Below, one piece after another: positions 17,092 through 27,500 of a DNA stretch of 64,000 nucleotides. A model generated the notes under the pieces. The model had not been told where the DNA came from and did no database searches. It saw nothing but the letters and a program-made list of their open reading frames with translations. Source of the stretch: Sandaracinaceae bacterium. GTDB taxonomy: Bacteria > Myxococcota_A > Polyangia > Polyangiales > Sandaracinaceae. Numbering within the stretch: position 1 is the first letter of the stretch; each line of letters begins with the position of its first letter. Position numbers and translations under genes: made by a program. The stretch spans positions 32,001 through 96,000 of the forward strand of contig JBGAQA010000006.1 in the NCBI GenBank assembly GCA_044220955.1. The letters run 5' to 3'.

Positions 17092-20000
17092 ATGAACCGC
17101 CGACATGCCACGATCAGCCGGCTCGAAGCCCTCGGGTCGATCGTCGCCACCTTGGCGCTCGCGCTCGCGATGCTCGGGCTCGGGGCGGCGGGCCACGCCC
17201 ACGCGCAGGCGCCGGACATCCGCGAGATCCGCCCCGACGTCATCCTCCTCGTCGATACGTCGGCGTCCATGGACTACGCGATGAGCTCGGTCAGCGGCGC
17301 GGGCGGCCAGCTGCCCGTCTGCACCGGCAACGCCGGCAGCCCGAGCGGCCGGAGCCGCTGGATCACGCTCCTCGAGTCGCTCACGGGCACCTACTCGAGC
17401 GGCTACTACTGCAGCACGATCGATCGCCGCACGGCGTACGTCGGCGCCCCGGATCAGTTCTCGTCGCACACCTTCGCGCGGCCCTTCGGCACGCAGGGCA
17501 CCGACGGCGTGCTCGACCAGTACCTCGACCGCGTGCGCTTCGGCCTCATGACGTACGACAACGTCTACGGCATCCTTCCGCCGCCGGTGGGGCCGAACCT
17601 GGGCCTGCCGCCCTCGTCGCAGTTCATGGTCGATCAGGCGGTGTGGGCGGGCGTCGGCGCGGCGATCGCGACGGCACCTGGCGACTACTCCTACGGCAAC
17701 GCGTACCCGCTGCGCTTCCCGGGCTGCACCACGACGTACATGGTCGACGGTGGATCCCGCCGCGCCATCAGCGGCGCGGAGTCCTTCGGCGGCGCGCTCG
17801 TCTCGGTCGGCACTCCGAGCGCGGACGTGCACGTCACGAACGCCCAGATCCAGACGGCGCTCATCGGCTCGCGTCCCTACGGCTCGACGCCGACGGGCGC
17901 GATGCTCGACGATCTCCGGTACTACCTGACCAACCACCCCGACGTGGCGCGCATCGCGGCCGTCGGCGGCGCGGGCGACCCGTACCAGGCGTGCCGCCGC
18001 CGCTACGCCATCCTCATCTCGGACGGTGAGTCGAGCGATCCCTTCCGAAGCGCGCTGCACTGCGACAGCGGCGGCACCTCGGTCTGCCCCTACCAGCGTC
18101 CGGCCGACATCGCGTCCGATCTCTGCCGCTTCGACGGGACGAACTGCACGGGTCTTCTGAACGGCCTCTTCGTCGTGGCCTACGCGACGGGTGCGGGCGC
18201 GACCGGCGCGACGTGCACCACCGACGCGAACTGCACGAGCGGCCAGGCCTGCATCTCGGGCCGCTGCAGCGCCATCGCGCCGGAGCTCAACGACATCGCG
18301 CTCCGTGGCGGCACCACGCGGGCGATCCTCGCGATCGACCGCGCGACCCTGATGAGCGGTCTGACGAGCGCGCTCGATCAGGCGCAGCCGGGCACCACGA
18401 CGCGCACGGGCCCCTCGTTCACGCTCAGCCAGAGTGCGTACGCGGCCGGCACGCTCGGCTCGACGAGCGCGCCGCAGGAGCAGCTGCAGATGGGCAGCGG
18501 CTTCCGCGTCAGCAACGCGTCGACCGGCGCCCCGTGGACGGGCGTGCTGGATCGGACGCACTTCGTGTGCGACGCGAGCCTCAACCCGGTGCAGCAGCCG
18601 CTCGGGCCCAACGATCACTTCGCGGACGTCCTCAACGCCCGGAATCTCATCGCCTCGCCCCGGCGCCTGCTCACGGTCGCCGTCCCGGTCGCGAACGAGA
18701 GCGGGATCATCACCGGCACGGTCCCCTCCGGGCTGACCTTGCCCTTCACCAACCCCTCGCCGGTCGTCCGCGGCCAGGTGCTCGGCACGTTCGACGCGTC
18801 GAATGCGGCCATCACGCCGCCGCACTTCGGCCTCGCCACGGGCGACACGGCGACCCGCACGGCGATCTTCGACTACGTCCACGGGCGCGCCCCCTCCACG
18901 CGCGCGCTCGCGCGCCTCGGCGACATCTACCACTCCACGCCGGTCGTCGTGACGGCGCCGCGCGTGGACATCGACGACCAGGCGTACGCGCTCTTCCGGC
19001 AGCGACCGGAGGTCGCGAGCCGGCCCAGCATCGTCTACGTCGGCTCGAACGACGGCATCCTGCACGCGTTCGCGCTCGAGGACGACCCCACGGGCGCGAC
19101 GCGCTGGACGGGCGGCCAGGAGCTCTGGGGCTTCGTCCCGCCGACGCTCATGCCGAACTCGCTGAACTCCGGACGCAGCTCGCACCAGTTCATGGTCGAC
19201 GGCACGCCCGTGGTGCGTGATGTCGTCTTCCGCCGCGCGCCCGGCGACGCGTCCGCGCCGGACATGTACCACTCGGTGCTGATCGTCGGGCTGCGCCAGG
19301 GCGGCAACGCGTACGTCGCGCTCGACGTGACGGATCCCCTGAACCCGGTCTTCCTCTGGCAGTGGACGCACCCCCAGATGGGCCTGACGTACGGCCGGCC
19401 GGGCCTCGGCCAGGCGATGGTCAACATCGGCGGCGTCCTGCAGGAGCGCGCGATCGCGGTCCTGCCCGGTGGCGCGGGCACGATCGACACCGCGCGCGCC
19501 CTCGCGAACGGTGCGGCGGGCTGCACGGCGCTCGCGACGAGCCGGCCCTCGCCGGTCCCGAGCGGCGTCACGGCGACGCGCGCCGGGCGCCGCTGCTGGC
19601 TGCCGACGAGCCCCGGCCGCAGTCTCTTCGTGGTGGACGTGGCGACGGGCGAGCTGCTGCGCACGTTCGACTCGACCACCATCACCTCGCCGATCACCGG
19701 GGGTGTGTCGCTCTTCAGCGGCGACGTCGGGCAGTTCGCGACGCGGGCCTTCGTGACGGACGCGGACGGCGTGGTGTGGCGCCTCGACATGAGCGTCCCG
19801 GATCCCACGCAGTGGACGTTCACGCCCATGCACGACCTCTACTGGGCCGACGGCGCGACCGCCGGCCAGCCGGTCTACGATCCGCCGATCGTCTCGGTCG
19901 ACAACCAGGGCAACCCGGTCGTCGTCGTCGGCGGCGGTGACCAGGACAACCTCGAGGGCGCGGCGCCCACGCGCGTCGTCTCGCTCACCGAGCTCGTCGA

Positions 20001-20565
20001 TCGCACGGTCAGCCCCTCGCCCTCGACCACGTCGGTGAACTGGGAGCTGCGTCTGCAGCCCGGCGAGCAGGTCACGGGGCCGATGGTGCTCTACTCGAAC
20101 TACGTCTATTTCGGCTCGTTCTGGAGCCAGCCGGATCCGACCAACGCCTGCAGCTACGGGTCGAGCAAGATCTGGGGCCTGCACTACCTGAACGCGGGCG
20201 GCACCGCGCCGCTGCCTTACACGACCGGCGTCGCCGGTCGGTTCCCGCAGCCGGGGCTCGTGGGCGTCAGCGGCGCGGTCGACACCTACTTCGGGACGTA
20301 CTCGGGCATCGTCTTCGGCGTCGGCATCACCCAGCGGCCGAGCTGCACGACGGGCGCGGGCATCACCGATCAGTACCTCGGCCAGCGCTACCAGATCTCG
20401 AACCTGCGCCCCGGCGGGTTCCAGCTCGTCGCGCAGATCTCGGGCACCGCGCCGTCCTCGACGCCGTCGACCGCATCCAGCGTGCAGACGGTGACGGTGG
20501 CGAGCCTGCCGCCTCCGCTCGCGCAGTCGCGCGCGCTGACCTACCAGCCTGCCGCCGACTTCTGA
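17092..20565 (+). CDS. pilY1: PilY1/PilC pilus tip adhesin (N-terminal vWA + beta-propeller)
   Basis: GAGGAG RBS; signal peptide; MIDAS 'VDTSAS'..'ISDG'; 'LGDIYHSTP', 'VYVGSNDGILHAF', 'ELWGFVP', 'VDGTP'. Confidence 0.92.
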   Translation: MNRRHATISRLEALGSIVATLALALAMLGLGAAGHAHAQAPDIREIRPDVILLVDTSASMDYAMSSVSGAGGQLPVCTGNAGSPSGRSRWITLLESLTGTYSSGYYCSTIDRRTAYVGAPDQFSSHTFARPFGTQGTDGVLDQYLDRVRFGLMTYDNVYGILPPPVGPNLGLPPSSQFMVDQAVWAGVGAAIATAPGDYSYGNAYPLRFPGCTTTYMVDGGSRRAISGAESFGGALVSVGTPSADVHVTNAQIQTALIGSRPYGSTPTGAMLDDLRYYLTNHPDVARIAAVGGAGDPYQACRRRYAILISDGESSDPFRSALHCDSGGTSVCPYQRPADIASDLCRFDGTNCTGLLNGLFVVAYATGAGATGATCTTDANCTSGQACISGRCSAIAPELNDIALRGGTTRAILAIDRATLMSGLTSALDQAQPGTTTRTGPSFTLSQSAYAAGTLGSTSAPQEQLQMGSGFRVSNASTGAPWTGVLDRTHFVCDASLNPVQQPLGPNDHFADVLNARNLIASPRRLLTVAVPVANESGIITGTVPSGLTLPFTNPSPVVRGQVLGTFDASNAAITPPHFGLATGDTATRTAIFDYVHGRAPSTRALARLGDIYHSTPVVVTAPRVDIDDQAYALFRQRPEVASRPSIVYVGSNDGILHAFALEDDPTGATRWTGGQELWGFVPPTLMPNSLNSGRSSHQFMVDGTPVVRDVVFRRAPGDASAPDMYHSVLIVGLRQGGNAYVALDVTDPLNPVFLWQWTHPQMGLTYGRPGLGQAMVNIGGVLQERAIAVLPGGAGTIDTARALANGAAGCTALATSRPSPVPSGVTATRAGRRCWLPTSPGRSLFVVDVATGELLRTFDSTTITSPITGGVSLFSGDVGQFATRAFVTDADGVVWRLDMSVPDPTQWTFTPMHDLYWADGATAGQPVYDPPIVSVDNQGNPVVVVGGGDQDNLEGAAPTRVVSLTELVDRTVSPSPSTTSVNWELRLQPGEQVTGPMVLYSNYVYFGSFWSQPDPTNACSYGSSKIWGLHYLNAGGTAPLPYTTGVAGRFPQPGLVGVSGAVDTYFGTYSGIVFGVGITQRPSCTTGAGITDQYLGQRYQISNLRPGGFQLVAQISGTAPSSTPSTASSVQTVTVASLPPPLAQSRALTYQPAADF

Positions 20566-20612
20566 CCGAGGGGCGGCGTCGGGTCCGAGGATCCTGTGGT
20601 AAGGGTTGGCCA

Positions 20613-21131
20613 GTGAACCGACCGGCTGCGGTGCTCCTGCTGCTCCTCGCCGCGTGCAGCGGAGGCGAGCGCGACGTCGAGGGGCGGCCGAGCGAGGTGC
20701 TGCCGCAGGTCGAGGTCACGCCGGCCCCCCACATCGAGGCGCCCGCGCTCTACGACGACGAGGGGAACCTCCGCGAGTCGGAGACGCGCGTGGCGGGGCT
20801 GACCCTGCCGATGGGGCTCACGCCCAACGCGGGCGACGACGAGCGGCTGCACACCTACCTGAGCGACGTGCCGATCGGCGCGCTCCTGCGCTACTTCGGT
20901 CCGCGCCTCACGACCGGGGAGGTCGTGGAGCTGCCGGGGCACGGCGCGTCGTACCGAGCGGCCGTCCCTCGTGAGGTGACCACCGGCGCGGTGCCGCTCG
21001 ACGTCACGGTCATGCCCGTGCCCGGACACACGCTGGTCGAGATCCGCGAGCGCCCGCCGGCGCCCGCGAATCCGCCCCCGGAGTCGGAAGCGCTGCGCGA
21101 TCTCGCGGCCGCCATGCAGGCGGCGGAGTAG
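20613..21131 (+). CDS. Hypothetical lipoprotein
   Basis: Lipobox LAAC; follows pilY1. Confidence 0.75.
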   Translation: MNRPAAVLLLLLAACSGGERDVEGRPSEVLPQVEVTPAPHIEAPALYDDEGNLRESETRVAGLTLPMGLTPNAGDDERLHTYLSDVPIGALLRYFGPRLTTGEVVELPGHGASYRAAVPREVTTGAVPLDVTVMPVPGHTLVEIRERPPAPANPPPESEALRDLAAAMQAAE

Positions 21132-21165
21132 CGCGCGCCCGGCCCCCGGATCGGGTGGCCGCGGG

Positions 21166-24100
21166 TCAGGGCACGAGCGATGCGCGGCGCGGCAAGCGCG
21201 CCTCGAGCACGCGGAGCGCGATCGCGAGCGCGTGTCGTGAGCCCGGCCGCGAAGGGTCTCTCCCGACGCGCAGCCCGTCGACCCGCGCGCTCGCTCGCTG
21301 GATGCCGGCCTCACCGGGCTGCTCGAGCATGTCGAGGTGCCCTCGCCAGAGCTCGATGGCCGCCCGCTCGACGGCGTCCCGCGGCTCGGCGTCGAGCGCC
21401 CGCGCGAACAGGCGGCGCGCGGGCTCGAGCTCGCCGAGCGCGGCGCGGGCGCCCCCTGCGATCGCGAGCGCGAGCGGCGCGCTCTCGGGGTCGCTCTCGG
21501 CGATCGACGCGAGGGCGCTCGCGCGGGTCAGGTCTCCGCGCTCCACGGCGAGCGCCGCGGCCGCGAGGCGCAGCGCATCGGCCGTGGCCTCGGACTCGGG
21601 GTGCAGCGCGGCGGCCTGCGTCAGCAGATCGAGAGCGCGCGCGACCGCGCCGACGCGGTGCTCGACCTCGCCGAGCTCGAGGAGGATCGCAGCCGTGCGC
21701 TCGACCAGCCCGAAGGCGCGCGAGAGCTCGAGCGCCTCCTCGAGGCAGGCCCGCTCGGCGTCGGGGTCGGTCGACTCGCGCGCGACGGACGCGGCGAGCA
21801 CCACGGCGCGCAGTCGGGCCGCCGCGTCCTCGCGGGCGATGGCGAGGCGCCGGGCCTCGTCGGTCGCCGTACGCGCCAGCGAGATCGTTCCGCGCTCGAG
21901 AGCCACCTCTGCGAGCACCTCGAGGGCCGCCCCCAGCTCCGCGCCCCGCTCGACCGCAGCGCCAGGCGCGACGGGATCCCTCGGCGGTCGCGCGGCGGAC
22001 GCCGCCGGTGGCGCGGCGGCGCGCGCGTCGTCCACGGCGCGCTCCGCCTCGGCGCCCGCGGCGTCGAGCTCGCCGCTCGTGAGGAGCGCGCGCGCCATCA
22101 GCGTCCGCGCGCGCGACAGGCGCGCCGCGTCGTCGCGCCGGAGCGCCCAGCTGAGCGCACGATCCGCGTCGTCGCGTGCGTCGTTCGCGCCGAGGGCGAG
22201 GCGCAGCGTCGCGCGCGCGACGATCGCGTCGAGGACGATGTCGGCGTCGCTCTCGGCCTCGAGCGCTCGCGTGATCAGCGCGTCGAGGCGGAACAGGAAC
22301 AGGAGGGAGCTCGACGAGGCCGGCCGCCCCTCGACCTGCGCCACGAGCGCGTCGAGCGCCAGGCCGTCGAGGCCGAGCGTCGGGTCCTCGATCGTCGCGT
22401 CGGCGACCGCGAGGACCGCGGCCTCGTCGAGGGCGACCTCGCGGTGGGCCTCCCGAGCAGGGGCGCTGCGGATCGCCTCCCGTCGCGCGTGGGCGTGGAC
22501 GGCGTAGTGCTTCGCCGCGCGACGGAGCGCGCGCGCCCGCAGCCCTGGATCGAGACCCGTGGCCGACGAGCCCCGCTGCATCCGGCGACGCACGACCTCG
22601 CGCAGCGCCCAGCGCGGCACACCGAGCAGCTCGGGGTGGGGCGCCGGGTACGCGAGCCCGAGGTGCTGCAGTCGTGCGAGCCAGGCCTCGGCAGCCTCGT
22701 GGCCGAGCCCGGTGATGGCCGCCGCCGCCGCGAGATCGAACGCCGGAACCACCGCGAGCGCGGCGAGCGCCTCGAGCTCGCTCGCCGCCAGCGTCCGCTC
22801 GGCGGCGGCGAGCGCGACCCACGCTCCGCTCGCGCGCGAGCCCGTGTCGGACGACGCCGTTCGAGCGGTCGCGTCGTCGTCGCGCATGCTCGCCTCGAGG
22901 CGCGCGAGGTCTGCGGGCTCGCCCGTCGCGGCGAGCCGCGCGACGATCTCGAGCGCGAGCGGGTTGCCGGCGACGTGCTCCGCGACGCGAAGCGCGACCT
23001 CCCGCTGGTTGAGGACGCGGGGCGGGTCGTCGGCGCTGCTCATCAGGCGCTCGAGCAGGAGCTCGCACGCTTCTTCGGGCGGCAGCCCCTCGACCGCGAT
23101 CGCCGGCGTCGGGCCCGCGGGTGGTGCCTCACCGACGATCACGAAGCGCGCGCGCGGCGCGCGCTCGGACCACGCCCGCGCGAGCGCGAGCAGTCCCTCG
23201 GTCGAGCGCGTCTGTCCGTCGAGGACGAGCCGCGGGCTCTCGCGCTGGGCGAGGCGCGCGCCGATGCGATCGGGGCGGCTCGCCCCGATCGCGGCGGCGA
23301 CCGCGTGCACGGCGAGCGCGTCGCTGGTGGCGAGCGCGAGATCGACGACGAAGGCATCGTCCTCGCCGCGCTCCTCGAGGTGCTCTCGGACGAGGCGGGA
23401 CTTGCCCGAGCCCGCGGGCCCGTGGACCACCACGACGGGCTCGCCGCGGACGGCGGCCTCGAGCAGCCAGCGGCGCTCCGCCGCCCGTCCGATGAACCGC
23501 GTCGAGGGCCGGGGCGCGGGCACGAGAGACGCGGGCCGCAGGCTCGGGCGGCTCGTCCGCGTGAGCGAGATGCGCTCCGCCGAGGCCTCTTGCGCGATGC
23601 GGCTCAGCTCGACGCGCTCGACGCCCGCGGCCTCGAGCGCGAGGGCGAGCGCGCCGCCGTCCTCGAAGCGCTCCTCGGGCTCCTTCGCCATCGAGCGCTG
23701 GACGACGTCGGCGAGCCACGCCGGCACGCGCGCGTCGATCGCGTCGAGGCGCGGCGGCTTCGACGCCAGGATGGCACCGATGGTCGCCGCGGGGCTGGCG
23801 CGGCGGAAGATCGCGACGCCCGTGACCAGCTCGTGGACCAGCGTCCCGAGCGAGAAGACGTCCGCGCGCGCGTCGACGGGACGCGCGCGTGCCTGCTCCG
23901 GCGACATGTACGCCGGCGTGCCGAGCACGGCGCCGTCGGCCGTGTGGACCTCCGACCACTCGTAGACGGTCGCGTCTTGCTCGCCCGGCTCGGGCATGGC
24001 GATCTGCTTGGCGAGGCCGAAGTCGACGAGCTTGACGACGCCCGTGCGCGAGACGAGGACGTTGCTCGGCTTCAGGTCGCGGTGGACGACCCCGTGGCGG

Positions 24101-24498
24101 TGCGCGTGGCCGAGCGCCTCCGCGATGTCCCTGGCGAGCGAGGCCGCGACGGCCCAGCCGAGGCCGCCGTGACGGAGCAGGTCCGCCAGGGTCGGGCCGT
24201 CGACCAGCTCCATCGCGAGGTAGGGGTAGGGCCCGCTCTGACCGGTCTCGTAGACCTCCGCGATGCCGGGGTGGCCCAGCGCCAGGACGGCGCGGCCCTC
24301 CTGGTGGAAGCGCCCGAGCCCGCTCGAGCCGCGGCGTGGCTTGTGGACCTTGAGCGCCACGGTGCGTCGCAGCACGACGTCGCGCGCCCGGAACACGTGA
24401 CCCATGGCACCGCCGCCGATCGCGTCGAGCACGAGGTAGTGGCCGAGGCGCCGCCCGATCAGCGCCTCGGGAGGTTCGTCGACGGGCGGCTGGCTCAC
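21166..24498 (-). CDS. Ser/Thr kinase fused to a STAND-like P-loop NTPase and TPR-like helical repeats
   Basis: HRDLKPSN, DFG, APE-like; 'FIGRAAE', Walker A GPAGSGKS, 'LVLDG', 'GNPLALE'. No TM seen. Confidence 0.88.
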   Translation of the reverse strand: MSQPPVDEPPEALIGRRLGHYLVLDAIGGGAMGHVFRARDVVLRRTVALKVHKPRRGSSGLGRFHQEGRAVLALGHPGIAEVYETGQSGPYPYLAMELVDGPTLADLLRHGGLGWAVAASLARDIAEALGHAHRHGVVHRDLKPSNVLVSRTGVVKLVDFGLAKQIAMPEPGEQDATVYEWSEVHTADGAVLGTPAYMSPEQARARPVDARADVFSLGTLVHELVTGVAIFRRASPAATIGAILASKPPRLDAIDARVPAWLADVVQRSMAKEPEERFEDGGALALALEAAGVERVELSRIAQEASAERISLTRTSRPSLRPASLVPAPRPSTRFIGRAAERRWLLEAAVRGEPVVVVHGPAGSGKSRLVREHLEERGEDDAFVVDLALATSDALAVHAVAAAIGASRPDRIGARLAQRESPRLVLDGQTRSTEGLLALARAWSERAPRARFVIVGEAPPAGPTPAIAVEGLPPEEACELLLERLMSSADDPPRVLNQREVALRVAEHVAGNPLALEIVARLAATGEPADLARLEASMRDDDATARTASSDTGSRASGAWVALAAAERTLAASELEALAALAVVPAFDLAAAAAITGLGHEAAEAWLARLQHLGLAYPAPHPELLGVPRWALREVVRRRMQRGSSATGLDPGLRARALRRAAKHYAVHAHARREAIRSAPAREAHREVALDEAAVLAVADATIEDPTLGLDGLALDALVAQVEGRPASSSSLLFLFRLDALITRALEAESDADIVLDAIVARATLRLALGANDARDDADRALSWALRRDDAARLSRARTLMARALLTSGELDAAGAEAERAVDDARAAAPPAASAARPPRDPVAPGAAVERGAELGAALEVLAEVALERGTISLARTATDEARRLAIAREDAAARLRAVVLAASVARESTDPDAERACLEEALELSRAFGLVERTAAILLELGEVEHRVGAVARALDLLTQAAALHPESEATADALRLAAAALAVERGDLTRASALASIAESDPESAPLALAIAGGARAALGELEPARRLFARALDAEPRDAVERAAIELWRGHLDMLEQPGEAGIQRASARVDGLRVGRDPSRPGSRHALAIALRVLEARLPRRASLVP

Positions 24499-24526
24499 GT
24501 CCCGAGAGGGTACCCGATCGCGCCGA

Positions 24527-27500
24527 TCACCGCGCCGCGGCTGCGCGCGGCGGCGGGGGGATCGGGATCTCGGCGAGCGCGTCGCTCGCCCCCAGCTCGT
24601 AGCGGTGCGCGAGCGCGCTCGTGCTCAGCACGACCGGCTGGCGGATCACGCGCACGTCCTCGCGACCCGGGTGCACCACGACCATCAGCTCGCACGTCGT
24701 GTCGCGCAGGCTCTCCCGATCTTCGCGGCGCACGTCCAGCTGGTACGCGCCGTCCTCGCGCTCGGCGACCCGGAACGCGAGGATCCCGGCGTCGGTGCTG
24801 CCCAGCGTCGCCTCCTCGAAGCCGGGGTCGTCCGCGGCGGCGCCGTCGAACGGATAGTGCAGCGAGAAGCGCGGCAGGTCGTCCGGGTGTCCGAAGGACA
24901 AGGCGACGAACACGTCCGGCGGATCGCGCAGCACGCCGGCCTCCCGGACGCGACGACGGATGGCGTTGCGCGCGTCGTCGTCGCTCGCCTCGTCGTAGAG
25001 GCGCATGAGGCGGACGAGCGTCCACAGGCGCGCTGGCGTCGCGGGGCCTTCCTCGACGGCGGGATCGGTCGACTCGGAGATCCGCTGCTCGAGGCGCAGC
25101 GCCTCGTCGACGCGCCCCGCGTCGGCCGCCGCGCGCGAGAGGAGCAGCAGCACCTCGCCCTCGCCGGGCCGAAGGCGCGCGAGCGTCTGGTACTCGCGGT
25201 AGGCGTCGTCGGGCCAGCCGTGGGCGCGATAGAGATCGCCGAGGCGCTTGCGCGCCCAGGGGTCGAAGGGCGTTTGCTCGACGATCTGACTGAACACGCG
25301 CCGGGCCTCGGCCTCGTCCTGCTGGCGCAGCCAGAACTCGCCGATCTGCGTGCGGACCTGTGCGTCGGCGAGCGCGTCGTTGGCCAGCGCGCGCGCCAGG
25401 CGCCGGGCCTCGGCGAGCGCGTCGCCGCCCTTCGTCTCGAGGAGCGTGAGCAGGCGGAGCCGAAGGTCGATGTCGTCGGGGACGACGGCGATCCAGCGGC
25501 GCACGAGCGCGATGCGCGCATCGACGTTGCTCGACTGCACCCACGCACGCGCGAAGAGGTTCCAGTCGACCTGCACGTCGAGCCCGAGCCCCGAGCGGGC
25601 GTAGGCGACGTCCTCCGGCGTCCGCACGCTCGCGAGCACGGCGCCCAGCAGGTACGAGGCCGCGTCCGGCTCGCCGACCATCGCTTGCTGCAGGTTGATC
25701 CGCGAGGACAGGTCGCCGACGTGGCGGAGCATCAGGTCCAGGAGCGCTCGGCGCGCGCGCCAGTTTCCGAGCTCGCAGCGCGCGCGCGCCTGGCGGTAGA
25801 CCTGGAGCACGCCGGAGACGTCGTAGCGACCGGCCAGGCGCTCGCTCCAGAGGCGGCGGCGGAGCGCCAGCGACCGGAACGCGGCGGGGCTGCAGAGCCG
25901 GCGCGAGCCGAACTCGCGCTCGGGCACGATGAAGTTGTAGACGTAGTTCACGACGATGGGCTGGGCCGCGCCCGTCGCCCCGAAGGCGATGCCGCGGACC
26001 TCCGACAGCACGCAGCTCTCGGTCTCGGTGTCGCCGAGGGAGCTCGAGACGACGCTCGCCGCGCGGACGATGCCGTCGCCCCCGACCGTCACCGCGACGG
26101 TGAGATCTCCCGCGAGGTCGGGCCGGTCCGCCGTGCGCTGCGCGTAGCACTGGCGCGGCCCGCGCTCTCCCTGGCGGAGCGCGCGCCGGACCGCCGCCGT
26201 ACCGAGCCCGCCGTCGGCGCCGTAGCTGCTGGTGTAGCGATCGTGCGGGTCGAGGGCGAACGAGGTCGGGACGTGCGTGTCCCAGGTGGACTCGGGCTGC
26301 GTCGCGATGTCGCCCTCGGGGCGCGCGCTGGCCATGCGCCGGCGCCAGCCGCTTCCGCCGTCGCTCGCGAGCGAGGTCACGGCGACCTCCGAGGTGCCGC
26401 CGCCGAGGCCCCAGGCGATCGTCAGCGGATCGGTGTCGAAGTTCGTGACGAGCGGTGCCGTCGAGCCCGCTCCCGCGCCGACGAGCATCGACGTCCACGG
26501 CGTGATGATGGAGAAGCGCGTTCCGAGGTCGACGAGCGCTTCGCGCCCGGCGTCCTGGTCGAGCAGCTCCGCCAGGCGCGCGCTCGCCCAGCGGCGCCGG
26601 ATGTCGCCGCCATCGATGACGGCCCCGACGCGAACGGTCAGCGTCTGCTCGACGGGCGCCCCGTCGCGCGTGGCGTGCAGCGTGATCTGCGCCGGCAGGT
26701 CGCCGACCTGGCGCCCGACCAGCCGCAGGTGGGCGCCCTCGGCGACCTCGAGCGGCGGGCTCGGGTACACGCGCTCGACCCCCTCGCCGAGATCGAGCGT
26801 GAGGCCGCGGAGCGTGGGCCGCGCGGCCTCGGCCAGCAGGCGCATCACCGCCCGCGAGGCGTTGGCCCGGTCGTCGATCATGCTCGCCTGGTCGGTGCCG
26901 AAGAGCGTCCGCAAGAGCTCGAGGTTCGCGCCATCGCCGATCGCGAGGCCGAAGAAGCGCGGCGGTGCGTCGATCGTCGCGAGCACCGTCCGCAGCGCGG
27001 TCGCGTCGAGCGCGCCGGTGGTCGGAAGGGCGTCCCCCAGGTAGAGCAGGGCCGCGCGGGGGTGTCCCGCCACGATCGCCGCAGCCTGGCGCAGCGTCTC
27101 GCCCAGATCCGTCGCGCCGCCGACGTCGACCGTCGAGAGTGCCTGGAGGAACGCCTCGCGGTTCTCCTGGCTGGGCTCGACGAGGCCCTCGGGCGCCCCC
27201 TCGGGGCGGTGGGCCGCGACGTCGGCGAGCAGCAGCGCCACGCGGTCGTCCGGGGCGAGCTGCCGCAGCGTCGCTTCGACGACGTCCCGCGCGAGCTCGA
27301 GGTCTTCGGTGCTCGTCGCGCCGGAGGCGTCGAGGACGAGCACCAGCTCGAGCGGCTGCTGCGCGGTGGCCGTGTCGGCGAGCAGTGCATCGGTCGGCAC
27401 GTCGAACAGGACGTAGGTATCGCTCCCCTCCGCGGGCCGCGTCCCGTCCGCGAGGGTCTCGGGCCCGCCGGTCACGGGATACGCGACGGCGTCGGCCGCG

